A stretch of 64,000 bases of DNA. It comes from Macrostomum lignano. Taxonomy: Eukaryota. Positions 13,267 to 51,207 of the stretch are shown piece by piece; position 1 is the stretch's first letter; each line of letters opens with the position of its first letter. The stretch lies in contig NIVC01000413.1 of the NCBI GenBank assembly GCA_002269645.1, positions 434,001 to 498,000 on the forward strand. Direction: 5' to 3'. A program made the translations under genes and the position numbers. The notes beneath the pieces are model-generated. The model did no database searches. It had not been told where the DNA came from and saw nothing but the letters and a program-made list of their open reading frames with translations.

Positions 13267-13840
13267 GCCTCCGCTATTAGACATCCCCATCAGCTCAATC
13301 TGAGCAGTTCTCAGCCTCCGCTATTAGAGACACCCCATCAGCTCAATCTGAGCAGTTCTCAGCCTCCGCTATTAGACACCCCATCAGCTCAATCTGAGCA
13401 GTTCCCAGCCTCCGCTATTAGACACCCCATCAGCTCAATCTGAGCAGTTCTCAGCCTCCGCTATTAGACACCCCATCAGCTCAATCTGAGCAGTTCTCAG
13501 CCTCCTCTATTAGACACCCCATCAGCTCAATCTGAGCAGTTCTCAGCCTCCGCTATTACACACCCCATCAGCTCAATCTGAGCAGTTCCCAGCCTCCGCT
13601 ATTAGACACCCCATCAGCTCAATCTGAGCAGTTCCCAGCCTCCGCTATTAGACACCCCATCAGCTCAATCTGAGCAGTTCTCAGCCTTCGCTATTAGACA
13701 CCCCATCAGCTCAATCTGAGCAGTTCTCAGCCTTCGCTATTAGACACCCCATCAGCTCAATCTGAGCAGTTCTCAGCCTCCGCTATTAGACACCCCATCA
13801 GCTCAATCTGAGCAGTTCCCAGCCTCCGCTATTAGACTCA
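13267..13840. repeat. 46-bp minisatellite downstream of MRCK
   Basis: GCCTCCGCTATTAGACACCCCATCAGCTCAATCTGAGCAGTTCTCA x~12; internal hairpin GCTCA-atc-TGAGC. Confidence 0.95.
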
Positions 13841-14404
13841 AAGCAGTCAATCTTTCACTGTATAGCTTAGAACCAATCAACCTTAAACTTTAATAGTAAA
13901 ATTAAAATGGCAAAATTAACGTAGTCCAAAATATCTGTATCCGTTTAGTAGAAAAAAAACTAAAATATATTCTGCTTAAACTGCGCACTAAAATGTCGTG
14001 CTTGATATTTTTTCAATTCGTTTTTCTATACCTCCTACGCCTATGCAAGCTAATCCTGATCTACAATATTCCTAAATGTGTCAATAGACAACCAGTACTA
14101 TTAGCATCGCCAAAAAAGGTAATGGGAAGGCAGAGTTCTGTCTAACAAAGTCTACCAAACAGATGCCAAAATATAAAAGTACACGCAGACATAAACATAT
14201 TAGTATCAATTAGTATCGTGCCGCAGTGTCCCAGAACAGAAAAGGCAACTGGACAGATGTCAGGCCAAACACGCACGCACAAATACATGATAGAAGACTG
14301 CTTAATTGGATGATTTATATATATAAAATCGTTTTCATACACTGGAAGGCATGCAGTTATATAGTGACAATGGTTACAGGCTGTTAAGGATAAGCATCTA
14401 CCGG

Positions 14405-21523
<7,119 letters not shown>

Positions 21524-23649
21524 GCTTTATTAGATTTAAACACCGCCTGTGGCACACTAGATATTTAATAATAAGGAAGGCACTAAATTACTGTTGACTA
21601 AACTAACGTTGACAAACTTTTTTTTAATATCGAATTGCGCGCCGCTAGCAACTAAATTGGCGTTTTGGCTGCGCAATATTTTTGAGTAAACTGCAATATC
21701 ACATGTGGCACTGGAATGGGAGAGGCCAATGATTAAAGCATGCAGTAATGTATACAAAAAATAACTAAAATACAAAAAACATTTAGGGATCTCACCTTAT
21801 AAGCTTAAGTTTACTTAATAGTCCATAATTGTCCCCTTGCTTGTCTCTTGTTCTCTCCTATCCCAGGTCCAATTTTTGTACCTTTTTCCCCAAATTCAGC
21901 TTCCTGGTGTCAATGTGAGCAGAATGACATATCATTTGTGTAGATAGGTTACTTGGGCTTCACTTTATGATCTAAAGTTGGCAGGCCCTTTTGTATGCAT
22001 CTAGCATATATAAGGTCTTTTGGCTACAATCTATTTTAGTATTTATAGCCTACCTTATTGACTATTGTCATAGAATTAAAGAAGTATGATAACAACTTAG
22101 AAAAAGTAGACTGATTTAGCTGCTAATATAATTAAAACAGAAGTGACAATTTAGGTTAGAGCCATAATGCAAAAGTCAGCATTTATACTAACCCCCAATT
22201 TCAAATTTAAATTTATAAAAGAAATTTTGAGTGACAAAATGGTCATGTATAAAATGACTAAATATTAGAATGTCTAAAGAATAAAAAAATAAGAAATATC
22301 CAAGTACCAAGGTACTAGACTTTAAAGGTTTGTACTGTAAATTTTGTTTTGATATTGTTACTACTAGCTATAATAATACTTTTTTTACTGAAATAAACCT
22401 GTAAATGATTGTTTGCATATAAATCATAGCATTTTGATAGAAACTAAAAATATAAGAAATGTGTCATATTTATAATTCTAGAACCAAAAATGGCATACCA
22501 CATTGTGATTATCTAGGTATAACTAAAATGCTATAAATAAAATAACCATTTAGACACTACTTTGCTTTAAGTTAAGACTATATACCATCGCTTAGATCTA
22601 AACATTATATTTAATTTATTTTTTCAAATATCAAATATTAAATGGGAGAAAATCTGGTTAAAAATTATTTTGTATAGTGCCAATTAGTCTACTACTTTTA
22701 TCTATAAAAGTACAATATAATTATTTTATTTATCCAAAAATATGAAATATGACATTATTATAAATTTATCACACTTAGATTATTGCACTTGATGAATAAA
22801 AGATTATTGCACTGAATAAGTAAATGATTATTGTACTAGATTAGTAAAGGATTATTGCACTAGCTGAGAAAGTGATTATTGAATCAATTGAGGAAATTGT
22901 TGCATTAGCTACTTGCTATCTAGTAGATGCTTGCTATCTGGGAGATGCTTGCTATTTGGGGGATACTTGCCATCTGGGGGATGCTTGCTATCTGGGGGAT
23001 GCTTCCTTTCTAAGAGATATGCTTGCTATTAGAGGATGCTTGTGGCTTAAGGGATTCTTTCAATTTAGGAGGGATGCTTACTATCTTTGTGAGGACTTTA
23101 TTTTGTTGTATCTTTTTGATACTTTTAGAAGCAAGAGATTTATAGGAAGCATCATTGTCAATGACAATTTTACTCAAATAAGGAAATTCAAAAAAGGAAT
23201 TTCTAACAAAAGATTTTTATATAAGGGGTGTGCAATAAGTTTCTGGATGTGCAAAGTGGAAAATGAGATATACAATTTGGCATAACAAGTGTTACTTATA
23301 ATATATATATATATATATATATTATATACGCTTGTGATTGTATTTCTGCAATTTTAGACAAATTTGCTTGATAATGCCCCTGCAACTTACCATTCATACA
23401 AAAATAGCATATCTCACTAACATAGATAATTTAAAATGGAGCTCAACAGAGGTCATTGCAAAGCAATGATTTAGTATAGCTATAAAAGTGGTTCAAGGTA
23501 GCAAAAGAGCTTTGAGTGACTTTAAGTGGCTTTGAAAGACCTTCTGGGACTATAGTTTTAGAGTGGTTTGGCAAATTTTGATGTGGCCAATGGAGTCTAG
23601 ATGATAAATAGTGCAGCAATGGCCCTATTTCTATAGCAAGCAAAGAGAA

Positions 23650-24700
23650 TATTGCTGCTATTCAGGCATTGTTAGGGGATTATACCAGGGTAATTGTTAT
23701 TTAAATAGAGACAGAAATGGGGATCTTATTGGGAGCCATCTGCATTATCCTACATTTAAGGCTAAACCTAAACAAGATTACTATATACTAGGTGCTTTAT
23801 CATATTAGAAAGGATAAAAGGAGGCTTAGATGGCTTTGTGTCATGCCTCAATAGACTCAATGGTGGTTGCTTAAACTTAATCTAAGAAATTATCAGTGAC
23901 AAATCCTGGATCTATAGTTTTGGCCTAGAGACCAAGTATAAATAGTAGTTGGCCTAGTGGACATTAGTTAGAAGCACTTTACCATTGAAGCTGCAATAAA
24001 AGCATAGTGTGGCATATGCTTGGGCACAACCTAGGGATTTACCCGGCTGTTTCTATTGGCAACACACACATGTAGGTCACTATTAAATGGAATAGTAGTC
24101 AGATGACTACTCTTAGCCAATAGCAACTTACATGTGTGTGTTGCCAATAGAAACGGCCAAGTGATTCCCAAGGTTGTGCATGCATGGTGTGGCAAAGCAG
24201 ATATTGGCCATTTTTAAGACAAAAGCTGGTTATCTAATGACTATGCCACTTGTGCAACAGTGCATAATCACTAGCAATATATTAATTGCAGTAGTGCTAA
24301 ATGCTCTCTCTAATTTCTACCCAAGGACTTGAGCTCAGGGTGTGTGTTTTTATCTTGTATTATAACAATGCCCTTGCCCACAAGTCTAGACAAGTACTTA
24401 GCCAATTCCTGGCTAAAAAACATTTAAAAACTTGGATATCTATCCTATAATATAGACCTGACCTTATGCAATTTCTTTATGTTTTTCTTCAAAAAAGTGA
24501 AAAGATGCATATTGCATTTGTTATTTATTGCCAAATGCTACAATTGAGGCTTTCATTAGGCATGTTGAGGAAATGCCAAGTTTAGAGTAGTAGTAGCTTC
24601 AATGGTTTGAAAGTCAGTTCAAATGGTTGGAAAGGATGCAATAGTACATAGACTTTTTTGGAAAGTATCTTAAAAATGTGATTATTAATTGCTCTCTAAT
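23650..24700 (+). mobile_element. Highly decayed mariner transposase remnant, interrupted by a hairpin element
   Basis: Broken translations resemble mariner motifs: GAICIILHLRLNLNKI, EIISDKSWIYSFGLETK (cf. IITGDETWIYxYDPETK), LYYNNALAHKS (cf. LHHDNAPAH), YRPDL (cf. YSPDL). Many stops and frameshifts. Confidence 0.5.
24024..24179. mobile_element. 156-bp near-perfect palindromic element (MITE-like hairpin)
   Basis: Left arm GCACAACCTAGGGATTTACCCGGCTGTTTCTATTGGCAACACACACATGTAGGT pairs with the right arm; inner AGTAGTC-agat-GACTACT. Confidence 0.7.
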
Positions 24701-25449
24701 CTAATTATTTTAGTTTGCGCATCTAGAAGCTTATTATATATTCCTTATAGAATTTTAAGTTTTACATAAAAGGTTATCATATTTTTTTAATTATCAATGA
24801 CATAATAAATATAATTACATTGACAAAACATTAGATTTATAGGCCTAAGTATATATACTATACCCCATAGTTCAAATCATGGTAGGAATACACTAGAATG
24901 AAAATTTGAATTGTTTTAATTATACAAGTTTAAAAAAATAAAAGTTTGTATATATGCCAACTTTTAAGATGAAAATGGGTTTTGGAGCTAAAACTCTTAA
25001 AAACTCTCAAAAAATTCTCAAATGACACTTTTAGCACAAAAGGCGAAATCCAAAAATTGGGGGCAAGTTTTATGAAAATTTGTTTTTTGGCAATTTGAAA
25101 GCAATAAAGCTATAAAATAAATTTATTTAAGTTTTTGAAAGGTAAAAAAGTTTATAAAAGCACAAATTATTTATGTATAGCTTTATTTTTAATAAAATGA
25201 TTTGTTAAAATGGTAAGTTTAATTATGACCTAAAATGACTCATGAAAATGATAGAAAAGCTATATTAATGTATTTTATTAACTTTAACTATCTTATAATG
25301 TTACACTCTATGATTCTACAACATATTTAACATTATTTTTAAGGGTTTATTTGTTTATCACTTTCATTACTCCTGACAACGTGTATTTTGTAGAGTTTGT
25401 TTGCAATAAATTGTATTCAACGTAAGTTTATTATTTAAACATACAATTT

Positions 25450-25785
25450 CCCATAAGGATCAGAAAATTGCATTTTACTCAGCTTCTACTAAAGCAATTT
25501 GGAAAATTCTTTTTTTTCCTGCATACATGCCACAGTGTAATTTCATTGTTCTTTGTCGCTTAATAAGCATAAAGGAAGCATTTGATTTGGAAGCTGGGTA
25601 ACACATTGGAATTCCTATAAGGATTAGAAAATTGCATTTTACTCAGCTTCTACTAAAGCAATTTGGAAAATTCTTTTTTTCCTGCATACACGCTGCGATG
25701 ATATATGTTTTAGTGTAATTTCATTGTTCTTTGTTGCTTAATAAGCATAAAGGAAGCATTTGATTTGGATGCCGGGTTCACATTT
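25450..25785. repeat. Tandem duplication of ~165 bp
   Basis: ATAAGGAT(C/T)AGAAAATTGCATTTTACTCAGC...GCATTTGATTTGGA occurs twice in tandem. Confidence 0.9.
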
Positions 25786-28512
25786 TGTGGTACCATTTTT
25801 TACCCAAAATTTTTAAGTCTAAATATAGGCATAGGCATATAACAAACACTAATACCATGCAAGTTGATATTTAAATGAAAGAAAACAACTTAAAGATTAT
25901 TCTGCAACAAGGAATTAGTGATATATTTACTTTTAGAGAAAGAAGTTTGTTAGCAAACTTTGCACTTTAAATAAGTATAAATTTTTGCAAGTTTATATAG
26001 TTTTAGAAAAACTTTGAAATCTTTAGAAATACTTCATCTTTTTGAATTGAATAAAAAGTAAAACATAGATTACTTTCTGTTTTGTATATAATAAAAAAAT
26101 TAGCCTTCTCTAAGGCCTACAAGTCTTAAAATTAATTGTTTAATAATGAAAAAAGTGAAACAAAAAATTGCGAATTGGTCAACTCGGACTTTTAAAATGT
26201 TTTTTTATGTTTTTTTCTTATTTATTCAACGATTATAAAGCATGAAAACAAAAGTTTTTATCTAGAACTATTTTTAAAGACCTATCTATCTTTCAAAAAC
26301 CTTTTTTAGATATATTACTTTCTATCAAATGTCCGCAGATTTGTTTTACCATTTTATCCCATGTTTTTGGATTTTGCCAAAATATTGCTTTTTAATTAGC
26401 CTAGGCCTACTTTTTGTTTGAGTAGGTTAATTCATTCATTCAAGTGAACATATTCTAGGAAATCAGAATAACCTTGAACTAAAAAAACAAATCAATTTGG
26501 CATAGCCTACTTGCCCTACTTAGTCCTTTCAAAATCACTTCTAACAATTTTCATGGTACATACTTAAGTAAGTCAAGCTGTAAAAACTTCTTATTAATCT
26601 TGCCCAAATTTTCTTGATTCCTAAAACTTACTCCTGACATGGTTAGGAATCTGAAAAAAACACTCGGGTCCTAACCAAGTCACAACCAGGATCAGAATCC
26701 CAGTTGGGCTCTAGTGTGCACCCAGCATGATCCAGACTATGGTAGCCATTACTTACCCTGGTTTAAGTAAGTGATAGATACCAAGGTTGTCATCAGCAAG
26801 GTAAAAATATGTCAGAATTTTCCAGCATAAAGGCCACCTTCTGGACTATGATAAGCTTATTATTATATGACACTTTTAATTATTAGCTATCATAATATTA
26901 TATATTATTAGTAATATAGCCTATAGGCTACAGATAATAAGAGTAGCAGTAGGCCTAGGCCTAAGCCAAATAAATTTGAAAATGTGATGTGATAACAAAC
27001 AAATTCAGATAAAAAATACACCATTATAAATAAGCAGATAGATTTTTCTAGTCAAGTTATATTTTCTTGCCATGAGGCTACTGAGGCTATGACAATAGTC
27101 AATATTTATAATTTTTATTACTCATGACTCATGAGTTTGACTGACTCGCCGATCCAATATTTTATATTAAGCATTTTATTAGAAACAGGCATAATAAAGA
27201 TACAGGAAATAAATACTTTAAACTTAGTTTTACAAACCAGCAGCAGCAAACAATCACAGCAATAATTTTACATTTTTGCAAAATCGAATATACTGTGTAA
27301 AGTTTTTACTGCTTGCGTCATTTATTTTGTTTTAATACAAAGTCAACTCAAGTCGAATAAACATGATATACTACTGCAAATGAAACGTAAATTGTTCAAA
27401 TATGGCTCACTTTCTATTTTTGTGGTTGTGTCTAATTCTTATTTACATTTTAGGCACCGAAAATCAAACTGGGGCACCGAAAAGCACAGGCGCTGAAAAG
27501 CGTAGACACCTAAATGTACATGTGTAGCTATATAGCTGCAAATAAAATATGACGTCCGTATTCGTCTAGAATTAGAGTTTTTGATTAAAACTTTAGAGTT
27601 ATTTTAAACTGGAAACTTTAATAAAACCAGTGGTCCCTGATTAAAACTTCTGTATGTCGGAAATTCAATTTTAACCACATTGAGTCGGACAAAAATCGTC
27701 GTTTATACCAAGGACGACTAAAGTAACGTATATTAAATGGTCCTTGGTTTATACATGTAGTTGGCTCGTGAACAGGTTCTGTTAAAAAAAGTGCAAAAGC
27801 CAGCCATCGCTATAGATGTTTTTTACTACATGTACACTAGTATGATATTCTGTATTCATGTACATGTATACAAGGAGAAAAAGAAAAAAGAGCAAAGAAG
27901 AGATCTTTTCTAATACTCAACTGCTGAAATTAAAGTAAGTGTCATACATGTAGCTACATGGTACCACATGTACATGTACATGTACTTGTACCTGTAATCT
28001 CCTTTATCTTCAATCACAATGCAGAATACCAGTGCAAGCAGGATTGAATGCAGCTAGCTGCATTGATTGAACCAGTAAATTATTTTACTAAGTATAAACG
28101 GCCTCGACTAGAATTAATAAGACAATCGATTCGATTGGATAAGTATTGAGAATGATAAAATTTCTAACTGTAACACTACTTAAGTTAAAAGTAGATTTAC
28201 TACAGTAAAAAAATACTTACATACTATATGCATGTGCACTGCACATGTGAATATCATTAAAATGCACGTCAATATTCTTGATTTCAGAGTAAAAAAACAA
28301 CAGGAGTAAAAAAGTGACCCAAGTAACAATTCAAAACAGAAAAAGTAGAATGAAATTGAAAAGAATTTTGTTTATTTATAATCAAATAAAAGCTTTTTAA
28401 ACAAATAAAATGCAATGGCCGATAAAATGCGCAAACAAAATTTAAAATAAATAAAGACATGCAGATGGCGATGAATCACAAATAAGATGACAAAGGAGCA
28501 AGAATCTAAAAG

Positions 28513-29145
28513 TTATTTATTTTCGCTTCGATCAGTCACTAAGCTGCTTTGTTGGACTTCTGCACTCTTTCGCTCATCTCTCGATCGATTCAATCGATAC
28601 GAGTAAAGGGTATCGAATCCCAGCGAAACCAAATTGTCAAACGTAACTCTCAGGCGGGTTGGCAGAAAATAAAAGTTAAACACCTGAGCGGCTGTCCAAA
28701 CCGTGGCCTCGTACTTGTAAATTGTGAGACCGGACTCAATTAGATCGTCGCGTACCTCTTCTAGCGTAGACTTGCGCAATAAGCCCAACGCCAGAACGTA
28801 CAACGTGATGTACAATGGCGAGAAAAAGACCGTGTCAAACAGTAGCTTATAAGCCAGAGAGCGGCCCGTTCTACCAACGAAACGCCGGTCCAAGTACAGG
28901 TACCAATAGTGCGACAGCGGGCCCAGCATCAGGCCGCACAAGCTGATGGTGGCCGTGCGACTCCAGCTGTGAGTTCGCCTATCATTATTGGTCGATTCCA
29001 GTCGCTGGCTGATGATGTCGCCGAGGCAGGAGCTGACTCCGCAGATAACGCAGTTGGCGGCTAGGAGGTGACGCGTCAGCAAACGGTTGGCTCTGCGACG
29101 ACTCAGCCGGTAGACGGCTCGGAGACGGCCGAAGCGACGGAACAA
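28513..29145 (-). CDS. MPV17L2: Mpv17/PMP22 family protein, MPV17L2-like; single coding exon beginning at a splice acceptor, start codon not in the exon
   Basis: Family motifs GDIISQRLE, WSRT, GPLSHYWYLYLD, KLLFDTVFFSP, WTAAQVFNFYFLP...RVTFDNLVSLGFDTLYS; Arg-rich N-terminus. The first codon is TTG, preceded by TTTCAG. Confidence 0.88.
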   Translation of the reverse strand: MFRRFGRLRAVYRLSRRRANRLLTRHLLAANCVICGVSSCLGDIISQRLESTNNDRRTHSWSRTATISLCGLMLGPLSHYWYLYLDRRFVGRTGRSLAYKLLFDTVFFSPLYITLYVLALGLLRKSTLEEVRDDLIESGLTIYKYEATVWTAAQVFNFYFLPTRLRVTFDNLVSLGFDTLYSYRLNRSRDERKSAEVQQSSLVTDRSENK

Positions 29146-29309
29146 CTGAAATTGTAGGATTTCGTAGAATGATTAGCTCGAATGCCTTTACAATTGAGAG
29201 CTTAGCGCGGCTTAAAGGCTTAGAGGGTCATCAACTAATCCAGAGATTTCAGGGTGTCTGACCACATATTTTTGGAGTTACGTAACGTAAGAGTTTCTTT
29301 GTTTTCAAG

Positions 29310-29640
29310 AGGCTTGTGCGGGCACCCCGGAGAAACGAGGCCTTTGGCAACGTCGTTTAACAACCAGTGCTGACGTTGACTTCTGAGCACGTACAAGCAG
29401 ACACTGTACACAGGCACGGACTCATACACACGCTCACACAGGGTACAGCGGCCCTGACTATCTAATCGTCCAGCGTGTGCCCTCTCTGTGCCTTGGGGAT
29501 TGGCCCTCACGGCTGTGAATCGCACCACAGCCGCCCGGGTCATTGTTTTTCGAGCACGAGCCCCAAATGAATGTGGCGCTGCGCACGGAATCAAACCAGG
29601 GGTCGTGGCGTGAGAGTCAGAGATGCGTTTACCTGCCACT
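29310..29640 (-). mobile_element. SINE family B copy
   Basis: Minus strand GGTTTGATTCC B-box, then GATTCACAGCCGTGAGGGCCAATCCCCAAGGCACAGAGAG...GTCAGGGCCGCTGTACCCTGTGTGAG; its 3' end matches the 4880-4910 tail. Confidence 0.7.
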
Positions 29641-30324
29641 TTTGTCTAGCCTGTGAAATTTTCTAATAAAATTACAGTAGCTAACGCAAACTGACCCGTA
29701 TATTATTCCGGTTCCAGACTAAGGTTACTTAAAAAACGAATATATAGTTAAAAAAGTATTTTCTAGAACACATTAATATTCATAAAACTTAAGGTCATTT
29801 AAAAAAATGTTTTTAATTTTCAAACATAATTTGACGATAAATCATCGATGTAACATGTTAACAGTAATAACAACAATAATCATAATCGTATGAAAAAGTA
29901 ATACAAATCACAGAAATCAAAACGACATAGTAAATAATTCGGTTAAACTCGACTTAACATAATGAGATGAGATTGAAACCTTCAGCGAATACAGACTAAT
30001 TTAAGCGTAAAATTGAGTAGGAAGTTTATCCAATCAGTTATGCAAGGACTTTATGTGGTTAAATAATAAAAATTGACGAACCCAGTAGACACTATCAGGT
30101 ATCAATAAGTTAATCAAGTGATTTTGTAAAACAAAAACGTTATGGCATGAACTTCTGTGACATACGCCATGTACATGACAAAATTAATATCATCATAAAA
30201 ATGGTGCTATAAGTGCGAAACACAATTAACATAATCTATCGAGTTAATGGCAATAGGTTAGCGCTTTTATCCAATTTTTTGGCTGAGAATTTTCAGATGA
30301 TAAAGGACTTTAAGTATCTCACTC

Positions 30325-30912
30325 AGCATCTTCAGACTAAAGGGCTGCAGTATCTCAGCGTCTTCAGACTGAAGGGCTCCAGTGTCTCAGCATCTTCAGA
30401 CTGAAGAGCTGCAGTGTCTCAACATCTTCAGACTGAAGGGCTGCAGTGTCTCAGCATCTTCAGACTGAAGAGCTGCAGTGTCTCAGCATCTTCAGACTGA
30501 AGAGCTGCAGTGTCTCAACATCTTCAGACTGAAGGGCTGCAGTGTCTCAGCATCTTCAGACTGAAGGGCTGCAGTGTCTCAGTATCTTCAGACTGAAGAG
30601 CTCGTGTCTCAGCATCTTCAGACTGAAGAGCTCCAGTGTCTCAGCATCTTCAGACTAAAGGGCTGCAGTGTCTCAGCATCTTCAGACTGAAGGGCTGCAG
30701 CGTCTCAGCATCTTCAGACTGAAGGGCTGCAGTGTCTCAGTATCTTCAGACTGAAGGGCTGCAGCGTCTCAGCATCTTCAGACTGAAGGGCTGCAGTGTC
30801 TCAGCATCTTCAGACTGAAGAGCTCCAGTGTCTCAGCATCTTCAGACTGAAGAGCTCCAGTGTCTCAACATCTTCAGACTGAAGGGCTCCAGTGTCTCAG
30901 CATCTTCAGATT
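30325..30912. repeat. 32-bp minisatellite just downstream of the VPS8 stop
   Basis: CAGCATCTTCAGACTGAAGGGCTGCAGTGTCT x~18; internal CTTCAG-a-CTGAAG palindrome. Confidence 0.95.
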
Positions 30913-30998
30913 GAGACACTCATCAATTATGATTTAAATAGATTTTCTTAATTTCGATACACACAGATAGTTTACAAGTGTCTGATTGAATCTCAGAG

Positions 30999-49140
<18,142 letters not shown>

Positions 49141-49525
49141 AACATAAATATACAACAGGAATATTACACCGATTTACAAATATTACTGCGACTACAGGAT
49201 TTTAGCTACTTTACAGATTTGTTTTCGCAGACAAATACGTTACAGCAATTCAGGATCGACGAAAAGGTAACTATTCTTGGAAAAGTCCGACAGGATTGGA
49301 AACTGTATTCGTGCCATTTTTGATACCGCGTATAAGAAAACAAAACATTTAAATTGGATGTCGAATATAAAACGCTAGCAGGCTAAATAGTGCATTAACT
49401 ATTCAAGGCTGAAACATTTATTTATTTCTAATTTTGAGTTTAGTAACTGCTAGCGCATAGCATTAAGGATTATATATAAATAGCTAAACAGATCGCCTTC
49501 TGGGTGCTTTAAAGAGCTTTATGAA

Positions 49526-50220
49526 GAATTTCTTTGGAGTTATGAGCTCTGCCCTACCTGCCCGGTCCATCCTGCTCTGTCCTTGGTCCATCTGCTGGCT
49601 CCTCTGGTTGTCTCCCTGCTTTTGCGTCTTGGCTCTCATCTCTGACAGTGGATTGGAGTCCTGGGAAGGATGTTCGTCCCGAATCGGAGAAAACCGGCTG
49701 AGTCCGGTTTCCTCTTGCTCCTTGTGCCCCTCCCCCCCCTTGGCCTGGCCCCCAATAATGAGCTGGATAGGCGATACCCTTGGGTTTGTAGCCGGTAGGC
49801 GGTCTTCCTGCCTGGAGTCTCGCCCTCGGAACAAGCCTTCCAGACTCTCCAATAATCAAGCCCTTTCCAAGACTTCTGGGTTTCCCCGCTCTTGGACAGC
49901 TTTTAGTAATAATTCCAATTCTGTTTTTTCGCGCACTCCTGAGGACTTGTCTGCTGGGGGGTGGCCTGGGTGGACTCAGTCCTTGTACCGTCCCTGATTC
50001 CACTAATATTGGGTTGGCGGTGTCTTGTACCGTAGGCTTGAGGTCCCTTTGCTCTCCCCTGGCTTATGTCAGGGCCCAATTCACATGGTTCTCGGTCTTC
50101 CGAGGAGGGTATCTCGGGTCCACGAAAGTGCCCTAGGAAAGAGTGCCCCACTAGCGGCAGAGCCCCCCCCCCCCAGGGCTGATCCGCGGGTAAGCCCAGC
50201 TTCCCACCCCGTTTAACAAC
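49526..50220. other. GC-rich island bounded by a 15-bp direct repeat; probable retroelement-derived insertion
   Basis: AAAGAGCTTTATGAA at 49511-49525 and 50221-50235; abrupt composition change against AT-rich flanks. Confidence 0.45.
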
Positions 50221-51086
50221 AAAGAGCTTTATGAAACGTTTAAAATTTAAATATACTATTTATTTATGTTAGGATTAATTAAAAAACGATAGTTAAGTGT
50301 AATACCTGCGATTAGTATTTATTGCATACGCATACGAATATATTATATCTATAGTAGTGTACTTCGTCTTTCTCTGGTGCCTTATTGTTTGTGTTATTCT
50401 TATTGTTGACTTGCGCAACTGCATGTATATTCATGTACATCACCTACTGCCAGAATTAAGGCAGCATTGCTTGGGCGCATCAGCCCCAAAACAGAACAGT
50501 GATCTGACATTTCATCCTGTTTTTCCTTTTTCCAGGAATCTCCTCGGCTTGCATCAGAGGGCCATTTATTATTTTCTGAGATTTATTCTGAATTCGCTGG
50601 GTTGGCTAACAAACGTCATATACACATACGTACATGCACTTATTCGATAATGGCCCTCAAACGGTCCTCAAAAAATGTGAGAAATGTTTATAACCTGACC
50701 GATGATGCTCATACTGCAATCAAATCTAAACCCGTATAATTTTGTAGCCAACTAAGAAATCTTTAGATGAGTGATTTTCGCGTGTCCATATAAAAGCTAT
50801 ATAAAATGAGAGCGGAAACTTGCAACGTGGCGTGGTTGCTAGGCAAATGTCGGGAATAAGAGATTCGTGGCAAACATATCATCGCAGGGGATGTGTAAAT
50901 TGTGCTGCACAGTATACACACAATTGACGGTTCCAGATAGCTACGGTTAAGTTCAGGCCTTCACGGTCTGATTCCATACATACTGCCTGCTCATCATAGG
51001 TTCACCAGCAGCAACAATCTAGCTTATACACGGCTCAAGGACTACTAATTAAAGTAGATTAAGCCTTAATTTCCAGTCATTCTTCA

Positions 51087-51207
51087 TTTTTATTTTAGAC
51101 GAAGAACGACCGCGCAACAAGTTATACTCGTAGCTCACGTTTGCACAGCCAAGCCAAGCGATGACTCGTCAATTGAAGCTTGAGCCGGTCCTCCTTGGAC
51201 TCACTTG
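51087..51207. repeat. ~120-bp dispersed repeat, copy 1
   Basis: TTTTAGACGAAGAACGACCGCGCAACAAGTTATA...CACGTTTGCACAGCCAAG...TTGAGCCGGTCC...TTGGACTCACT; matches 54071-54192. Confidence 0.85.

Noticed and set aside
13267-13840. CRISPR-like appearance of palindromic repeats (also 30325-30912, 61160-62052)
   Set aside because: Units are head-to-tail with no unique spacers, there are no cas genes, and the context is eukaryotic.
26757-26850. Possible isolated minus-strand exon (WKILTYFYLADDNLGIYHLLKP) ending at a GTAAGT donor
   Set aside because: No partner exons or homology recognised; could be chance.
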